A DNA stretch of 64,000 nucleotides from an uncultured virus (IMG/VR IMGVR_UViG_3300042396_000075) (lineage: Duplodnaviria; Heunggongvirae; Uroviricota; Caudoviricetes), in the IMG/VR virus record IMGVR_UViG_3300042396_000075. One strand, 5' to 3'. Both the position numbers and the translations under genes were made by a program. Below, piece after piece: positions 57,675 through 64,000 of the stretch. Position 1 is the stretch's first letter. Every line of letters starts with the position of its first letter. The notes under the pieces were generated by a model that searched no databases, was not told the DNA's origin, and worked only from the letters and a program-made list of their open reading frames with translations.

Positions 57675-60600
57675 TGCATCGTAATCGAACATGGACTTTA
57701 GATCCTCCTGAATGGAGGACACAACGGAATCGTTTGCTTCCTATAGAAGGAGGAGATGGTTCTACATTGAATTTAGATTTTACTACGGGTATACTTGATC
57801 CACGATTAATATTTAATAGACTGGGTACTGCAACCTTTGTAAATTCACAAGGGTATGTGGCATATGCAAATACTAATTTAGTTGTCAATAGCGCGTTAGT
57901 TGGACCATCTTCACCGACAAATTGGACAAGTAGTGGATCTTGGGATGCAAGTACTCCTTCTCCGGGTGTAAGACGAGTTACTACAGGTGCTACAGCACTA
58001 CAAAAATTCACTAGTTGTGCAGTAAACATTACTCCCGGCATTACATACTCATTTAGTGTATATGTATCTGAAGTTACTGGACAACACTATGCAAACACAA
58101 TAACACCAACTGGAACTGCCGTAGTTTCACAGTACTATCTCAATGGTAGTCCCGTTACTCCTTATATAACAGCATCACCGGGTTTAATTACAGCAGTGTT
58201 TACAACAACTTCGGGAACTGTAAATGATATTCGTATAGGTATTGGCAGTACGGGCACCAATGTTGCTAATGCTACTTGTGAGTTTTCACAACCTAGATGT
58301 GTTCCTGGAAATATTGCTCAGCCAACTTATTTTGCAAGTCCAATTGACAAAGCATATCACGCCCCTCGGTTTGACTACAGCACTTCAAACATTGGGGAAC
58401 CAAGGGGATTGTTGATTGAAGGGCAAGCAATAAACCTATGTAGATACTCTGCTGATCCTCAGTTGTGGGTGGGAGCAACAAACATAACAGCACCAGCTAA
58501 CGGCAGTGGATTAGCTCCAGATGGTGTTTCAATTCCTAAGCAGCTGATCATGACCTCAAGTTCATATCATGCACAACAAACTGCTAGTACACAACCAATA
58601 GGCACTTATACTTTTAGTGTTTATTTAAAAGCAGCTACTCCACAACAAGTAGGTATGCGTGTAAATAGACAAATAGATGGCACCAATAGTAATATGATTA
58701 TTGCTAATGTTACAACTACTTGGCAACGGTTTTCTGTTTCTGTAACAACTAATGCTGTTGATGTTGTTGAAATAGATCTTGATCAGCGTAATTTGGGTGC
58801 AGGAAGTTCTGTTCCGGGTCCGGGTGTTGCTGCAACCTTTCTTATGTGGGGCGCACAATTAGAACTTGGATCAATTGCAACTGCTCATATCCCTACGGGA
58901 GCAAGTGCTGTAACAAGACCCGCAGATTTTATAACATCTGCTTCAAGTGCTGCAAACTCAAAACCAACAGAATTTAGTGTTGATGATTTTACAGCCAATG
59001 CATCTAGTAATACGGCATATACTTATTTAATACAATATGACCGCTTTGCACGAGTTGGTAATGTATACCCAGCAGCACTTTATGGTCGCACTACTGCTGG
59101 AGCAGTACGAGTAGATTTCCGTGATTTTTCTGGAACAAGTATTGAACTAGGGGCTAGTGGACTTAACTGTTTTGCTAACTACGCTCTTACAAATACTAAT
59201 CTTAAAGTAGCAATTGCTCAAGATGGAAGTACATTCCCAAGTGGAGCAGTAAATGGTGTTGTTACAACAGCAACATCAGGAACAATTGGTACTAGTTCTG
59301 GTTGTCAATGGTTGCAAATTGGTAACTCATCAGCAGTTTCTGGATCCTTTAATCCAATTAGAATACAAAAATTACAGTGTATTCCCAGACGGCTTTCTAA
59401 TTTACAGCTACAACAAATTACAGATCCTAACTATATTGCACCTACTTTAGATTTAGATTTTACAGCTATGACTAGTGGTGCAAATCTAACAGCTAAGGGA
59501 ATAACCTTTAGCCGTCTTACTAGTGCAACCTTAATTAATACAGCAGGTGTTGTACAATATGCAGAGGCTAATGAAGTTAGAAACAGCACTATGCTAACTG
59601 CATCTAACTGGACTCAAGGAACTACTGGTGGCTCTCCCTCTGTAACAATTAATGGAAATAATACGGTTACCTTTGCCAGCGTTGCAGGTATAGCCACTTG
59701 GGTACAAACATTAGGGCTTAATGCAGGACTGCCTATTTCGTTTTCAATAGAAGTTACTGCATTAACTAATACAGACATCCGCGTTAGTGATATGATGGGA
59801 GCAGGATTTGGATTTACCGGGCAGACTTATTATTACACAAATACTTCTGGTGTCACAAGTGCAATAAATTCGTTGACTGTTGTTTCCAATGTTGGTCTTT
59901 ATACAGTAACAGCCACAACTACTGGAACAGGTGGCAACAATATTATTTTTGGTACTGGTTGTAATAGTTTTAATAAAACCGGATCAATAACATTTGCTCG
60001 CCCACAGCTTCAATATGGAACCGTTGTTCCACGAACTAACTACTTTCCAAATACATCTACAACAGCTAGTTATCAAGAACCTCGATTTAATAATGCAGTT
60101 GTAACAAGCCGTGCTAATTATATTAAACAATCTAATAACTTTACTATAGCAGGAGGTACACCTTGGGCGCAAAAAAATGGTACACACTCTGTAACTCTTA
60201 CAGCTGCTTATGAGTCAGCACCACCCGGATTCAGTGGTACTGCTACAAGAATTACATCAAGCAATGCTGCTGCAGGTATAACACAAGCTCTTAATGTGCC
60301 ACTTATTTCTGGTAAACCAATAAGAATTTCATTTTATGTGAAATCAAATGTAGTTACTGCACAAACTTGTATACTACAATCAAGTTCTAGTACTTCAGCT
60401 GTTGTTACAATACCAACAACATGGACAAGAATTGATGAGATAGCACCATCTGCTATAACTGAAATCACTTTAAAAGGGTTTATAGATCCACTTGATATAT
60501 CTATTTATGGTATACAAGTTGAATATGTAACAAGTGGTAATGCTACTGCTTATATCCCTACAACAACCATTGGTGCTTTTAGCCGAACAACCAAACCCCG

Positions 60601-61732
60601 TGGTATATTAATAGAACAACCCACAGAAAATCTTAGTTTACACTCTGGTGTATTGTATGCTGGTAATTGGGGTGCTTCAGGAGGTATTACTAAATCACAA
60701 GATACTTTATTACCAGACCCCTCAGGTGGTAATAATGCTTGTAAAATTACTAAAGAAAGTGGATATCAGTATGTAGTTGTTAATCAAACTCCAATACCTA
60801 CATTTACTATTCCTGCTAACTCAACAAAATATCTTACTGCATCTGTGTGGTTAAGAGTAGAAACTAACGGTCAAGTTCCTTCTATCGGTATTTTTGATCA
60901 AGGTGCGACAGCTTTTGGAACACGTTATCAAGCAAGAACAGATAATGATTTAGTTACTATTGCTGGTGGTGCTGGTGCAGATGCTGATATTACATTTGGA
61001 TCAGTATTAGATTGGGTACGAGTAAGTGTTACTCGTGTGTTTACAAATGCCACTGCTTCTCCAGTTAGTTTTAGTAGTTTAGTTTTTTATATTTATCCTA
61101 ATAGACAGAATACAAATGCCTCTACTATTTATGCATGGGGTGCTCAGGTAGAGGCAGCATCAGGAGCTACTACTTATTTACCAACAGTTGCAAGTGCTCT
61201 AACCAGATCACTAGAAAGTTGTTATTTATTTGGTTCAAACTTTACCTCATGGTATAACACACTTAATCCTGCAGGTACTTTCTATATGGAGTTTGATCGT
61301 CCTGAAGCAAGTAGTACAACAATGGGAAATCCAGTACCAGTTGGCTTTGGAGATTATTCCCCCGGAAAACTTATAATGGCATCTTGTGGAGAATCTAGTA
61401 TTGGTACAGGTATGTTTGTTGGTATTTGGACTAATATTAATTTCTTTAGTGGTACTATAATAGGCGCAACCACAAGAAAAGAAAACAACAAAGCAGCATT
61501 TGCTTTTAATGGTCCAGCCATGAGAGGTGCTTTAAACACAACTGGTTTAAGTAATCTAATAACAGGTGCTGGTAGTATGAATACTAAAGAAGTTTTATAT
61601 ATTGGCAGTGATGGAACTATTACTTCTGGCACACCTGCTGGAAGCCGTGATTGGCTTAATAGTAGTGTTCAGCGTGTTGTGTTCTATCCAACCGAATTCA
61701 CACCTACCCAACTAACAACAATTGTTTCCTAA
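57674..61732 (+). CDS. Large spike/fibre protein with duplicated modules and CBM-like domains
   Basis: TL.LDFT...F.RL..AT, G.LIE....NL and WGAQ.E...PT motifs each repeated. Confidence 0.75.
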   Translation: MHRNRTWTLDPPEWRTQRNRLLPIEGGDGSTLNLDFTTGILDPRLIFNRLGTATFVNSQGYVAYANTNLVVNSALVGPSSPTNWTSSGSWDASTPSPGVRRVTTGATALQKFTSCAVNITPGITYSFSVYVSEVTGQHYANTITPTGTAVVSQYYLNGSPVTPYITASPGLITAVFTTTSGTVNDIRIGIGSTGTNVANATCEFSQPRCVPGNIAQPTYFASPIDKAYHAPRFDYSTSNIGEPRGLLIEGQAINLCRYSADPQLWVGATNITAPANGSGLAPDGVSIPKQLIMTSSSYHAQQTASTQPIGTYTFSVYLKAATPQQVGMRVNRQIDGTNSNMIIANVTTTWQRFSVSVTTNAVDVVEIDLDQRNLGAGSSVPGPGVAATFLMWGAQLELGSIATAHIPTGASAVTRPADFITSASSAANSKPTEFSVDDFTANASSNTAYTYLIQYDRFARVGNVYPAALYGRTTAGAVRVDFRDFSGTSIELGASGLNCFANYALTNTNLKVAIAQDGSTFPSGAVNGVVTTATSGTIGTSSGCQWLQIGNSSAVSGSFNPIRIQKLQCIPRRLSNLQLQQITDPNYIAPTLDLDFTAMTSGANLTAKGITFSRLTSATLINTAGVVQYAEANEVRNSTMLTASNWTQGTTGGSPSVTINGNNTVTFASVAGIATWVQTLGLNAGLPISFSIEVTALTNTDIRVSDMMGAGFGFTGQTYYYTNTSGVTSAINSLTVVSNVGLYTVTATTTGTGGNNIIFGTGCNSFNKTGSITFARPQLQYGTVVPRTNYFPNTSTTASYQEPRFNNAVVTSRANYIKQSNNFTIAGGTPWAQKNGTHSVTLTAAYESAPPGFSGTATRITSSNAAAGITQALNVPLISGKPIRISFYVKSNVVTAQTCILQSSSSTSAVVTIPTTWTRIDEIAPSAITEITLKGFIDPLDISIYGIQVEYVTSGNATAYIPTTTIGAFSRTTKPRGILIEQPTENLSLHSGVLYAGNWGASGGITKSQDTLLPDPSGGNNACKITKESGYQYVVVNQTPIPTFTIPANSTKYLTASVWLRVETNGQVPSIGIFDQGATAFGTRYQARTDNDLVTIAGGAGADADITFGSVLDWVRVSVTRVFTNATASPVSFSSLVFYIYPNRQNTNASTIYAWGAQVEAASGATTYLPTVASALTRSLESCYLFGSNFTSWYNTLNPAGTFYMEFDRPEASSTTMGNPVPVGFGDYSPGKLIMASCGESSIGTGMFVGIWTNINFFSGTIIGATTRKENNKAAFAFNGPAMRGALNTTGLSNLITGAGSMNTKEVLYIGSDGTITSGTPAGSRDWLNSSVQRVVFYPTEFTPTQLTTIVS

Positions 61733-61742
61733 GAAAGATATC

Positions 61743-62054
61743 ATGGATTATCAATTACGAACAGATACTAAAGAAGAAACTGATGCCGCTCTCGTAGCTG
61801 CAGGTATTCTTGCTGAACAAGTAGACGAAGGTGTTACAACCTTAGTCCCTACTGGTTTAGTTGCTATTGATTATATCGGCTCAATTTCAAAGTCACCAAT
61901 TACAGACGAAGAAGGTGTTGTTATTACACCCGGCACAACTGACTCACGATTCCATACAAACATCCGTGTTTGTTTTGAGATGACGGAAGAACAGATTGAG
62001 TTGCTTCCTGTTGTTGATCCCGCACCAGCGATTCCCTATCGCGTATTCGCATAA
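61743..62054 (+). CDS. Hypothetical protein (possible partner of the spike)
   Basis: MDYQLR...FHTNIR...P.RVFA; directly downstream of the spike. Confidence 0.6.
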   Translation: MDYQLRTDTKEETDAALVAAGILAEQVDEGVTTLVPTGLVAIDYIGSISKSPITDEEGVVITPGTTDSRFHTNIRVCFEMTEEQIELLPVVDPAPAIPYRVFA

Positions 62055-62070
62055 GAAAGGAAAAAACCAA

Positions 62071-62181
62071 ATGAAGAACCCAATGAAAAAGACTGCACCA
62101 AAGAAGGCAGTCTCCCCAATGATGGCTAAGAAAGCCGCTATGGTAGCTAAGAAGAAAACACTTAAGAAGAAGCCTTATTAA
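62071..62181 (+). CDS. Small Lys-rich peptide (36 aa)
   Basis: MKNPMKKTAPKK...KKKPY after AAGGA. Confidence 0.55.
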   Translation: MKNPMKKTAPKKAVSPMMAKKAAMVAKKKTLKKKPY

Positions 62182-62202
62182 ATTTAACGAAAGATACACA
62201 AT

Positions 62203-63132
62203 ATGAATGAAGAGACTCCCGATATGATGGAACAATCCCCTGAGACTCCAGTCATGTCTTCGGAACAATCTCTTACATCGACTCCAGAGGATGCTCAGCT
62301 TGCTCGTGAGAAAGTAGCCTTTGATGCTTATGTAAGAAACCAAGGTATGGCTGTCCCTGAGAATTTCAAGGATGCCGGAGCTTGGTTTGAGAGTTTAAAG
62401 ACTGCTCAAAAAGGATACACACAGTCACGACAAGAAGTCGCAGACCTGAAGAAGAAGTATGAAGCAACCCCGTCAACTACTAATCCAGTTACGGGACAAC
62501 CTGTGGTAGAACCTGTGAAGGAAGTAATTCCTTTGTTACCAGAGGTCTTAAAGATTCCAGAGAATAAGGTTGAAGAGGTAGCCAAGGTAGAAAACATCCC
62601 GGCATCCTCAGATGATTGGAAGCAGTGGACCATTGAGTTCACGGCTAACAATGATCTTTCGGCTGAGACATTGGAAGTCATTAAGAAGAAGACTGGTCTT
62701 CCTGATTATGTTGTTAATGAATATATGCAGGGACAGAAGGCTAAGATTGAGATGGCTTATACTAAGGCATCTGAGTTAGTTGGTGGTCGGGAAGAGTTGA
62801 GTAAACTCTTTGTCTGGGCTAGCAAAAATCTCAGTGCTGCAGAACAGGCTTCAGTCAATCAGAACCTAGCATCGGCATCTTGGGATGTAGCCCTCTATGG
62901 GCTTCAGGCTAAGTATGCTAAGACCACACAGACAAGCAAGGGTGCAGAACCCAAGCCAACCGCAAGAGGGCAGATCCCTATTGCATCGACTCAGCAGGGT
63001 ATTGTCGCTTATCAAACTAAGCGAGAGTTCTCTGCAGAGCGTAATCATCCGGGCTTTAACAACGATCCTAAGTATCGTGCATATGTTGAGCAGCGGATGA
63101 TGCGTACTAACTTTGAAAAATTACCCAAATAA
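62203..63132 (+). CDS. Capsid assembly scaffolding protein (T7 gp9-like)
   Basis: PENFKD, VGGREELSKLFVWASKNLS, DPKYRAYVEQR; directly upstream of the capsid. Confidence 0.88.
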   Translation: MNEETPDMMEQSPETPVMSSEQSLTSTPEDAQLAREKVAFDAYVRNQGMAVPENFKDAGAWFESLKTAQKGYTQSRQEVADLKKKYEATPSTTNPVTGQPVVEPVKEVIPLLPEVLKIPENKVEEVAKVENIPASSDDWKQWTIEFTANNDLSAETLEVIKKKTGLPDYVVNEYMQGQKAKIEMAYTKASELVGGREELSKLFVWASKNLSAAEQASVNQNLASASWDVALYGLQAKYAKTTQTSKGAEPKPTARGQIPIASTQQGIVAYQTKREFSAERNHPGFNNDPKYRAYVEQRMMRTNFEKLPK

Positions 63133-63270
63133 TCCGTAACAAGACAGCGGATCGACTGAGGTTAGCCAAAGGGTAAATCCCCCTTTATGGTAATGGATGA
63201 CCCTTGGCTAAACTCACTCAACAAAAGACTCCCTTAGGAATAATCGAACGGTTGAGAACTTTTTGTCTTA
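63132..63270 (+). promoter_or_regulatory. Structured capsid mRNA leader with possible pseudoknot
   Basis: Three helices plus complementarity of loop AAGACA with distal TGTCTT. Confidence 0.5.
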
Positions 63271-63316
63271 CAATTTGATATGAATGATATGATCTTTTTT
63301 AAGAAAGAATATTACA

Positions 63317-64000
63317 ATGGCTTTTAATAGTACAAATATTATTGCGGCTGATTTTACACTTCCGCGCACTGCAGTTGGAGATAATACTTCGGGTGGAAAC
63401 CTTTCGCTTAATAAGCTTTGGCTCCCACTTTGGTCTGGCGAAGTAATCAATGCATATGATCAATTCAATATGTTTGAAAACATGATTACTAACAAGACTC
63501 TTACTGGTGGATACTCATGGGAATTCCCAATTACGGGTACTGTTGGTTTGAATGCATCGTGGAATGCTGGTATTGAACTTGGTGGTTTTAGTGGTACAAC
63601 AAACTCATCTGCTACCACTATCAAGGTTAATCTTGATAAGCGTCCTATGGCTGCTCACTTTGAAACCGACAATGTTGACTTGCTCGTTACTCAGTGGGAT
63701 TACCGCTCTGAGCTGGCTCGTCAGGCTGGACTCACCCTTGCTAATACCCGTGATCGCCAGATTGTAATGGCACTTGTAGCAGCTGGTGCATTATCAGCTC
63801 AATCACAAGATCCTCGTGGTCTTGCAGCTGCTGCATTCCATGTACCATCCCAGATTAAAAATGCAGCAACTCCTGCAAATCTTCCAGCCGCAGCTACTGA
63901 TACTGAAGGACTTCTTATTCTCCAAGCAATTGAGGATTACCTCGTTGTTTGTCAGGAGAATGATGTTGCTATTGGTAGCGTCTATTGCGCTGTCACTCCA
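63317..64000 (+). CDS. Major capsid protein (T7 gp10-like), 3'-truncated
   Basis: MAFNSTN...LWLPLWSGEVINAY...GYSWEFPITG...DYRSELARQAGLTLANTRD; open to the window end. Confidence 0.93.
   Translation, partial: MAFNSTNIIAADFTLPRTAVGDNTSGGNLSLNKLWLPLWSGEVINAYDQFNMFENMITNKTLTGGYSWEFPITGTVGLNASWNAGIELGGFSGTTNSSATTIKVNLDKRPMAAHFETDNVDLLVTQWDYRSELARQAGLTLANTRDRQIVMALVAAGALSAQSQDPRGLAAAAFHVPSQIKNAATPANLPAAATDTEGLLILQAIEDYLVVCQENDVAIGSVYCAVTP

Noticed and set aside
245..63450. Minus-strand ORFs in the six-frame track
   Set aside because: Nearly all are antisense shadows of long + strand genes, with no motifs or RBS
1..64000. Stop-codon reassignment or prophage state
   Set aside because: Core genes are intact in the standard code; no suppressor tRNA, integrase, repressor or host genes

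Overview
The window is almost a complete genome (probably circularly permuted) of a lytic T7-like podovirus, with all credible genes on the + strand. It opens inside tail tubular protein A and ends inside the major capsid gene. Order: tail tube A/B, tail fibre, a membrane/lysis cluster, small and large terminase, a sulfotransferase, and four internal-virion (ejection) proteins, the last 3,724 aa. A ~1.1 kb non-coding stretch follows and probably holds the genome termini. Then come ~25 small early ORFs with four tRNAs, DUF932, a single-subunit RNA polymerase, a replication/nucleotide module (SSB, RusA, ThyX, primase-helicase, PolA, dNMP kinase, exonuclease, dUTPase, class II RNR), portal, two inserted fibre/spike genes, scaffold and capsid. 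The least explained signals are RNA-level: a ~420-nt densely nested structured RNA candidate just before the first early gene, an armless tRNA-Gln-like element inside the tRNA cluster, a cassette bracketed by two identical 30-nt hairpins, and a pseudoknotted capsid leader. Protein-level oddities are a polyvalent ejection protein (two zincin motifs, an ART-like domain, a LuxR-like HTH) and a citrate-synthase-fold protein lacking key catalytic residues. All family calls and RNA folds were made by eye; no searches or folding programs were run.
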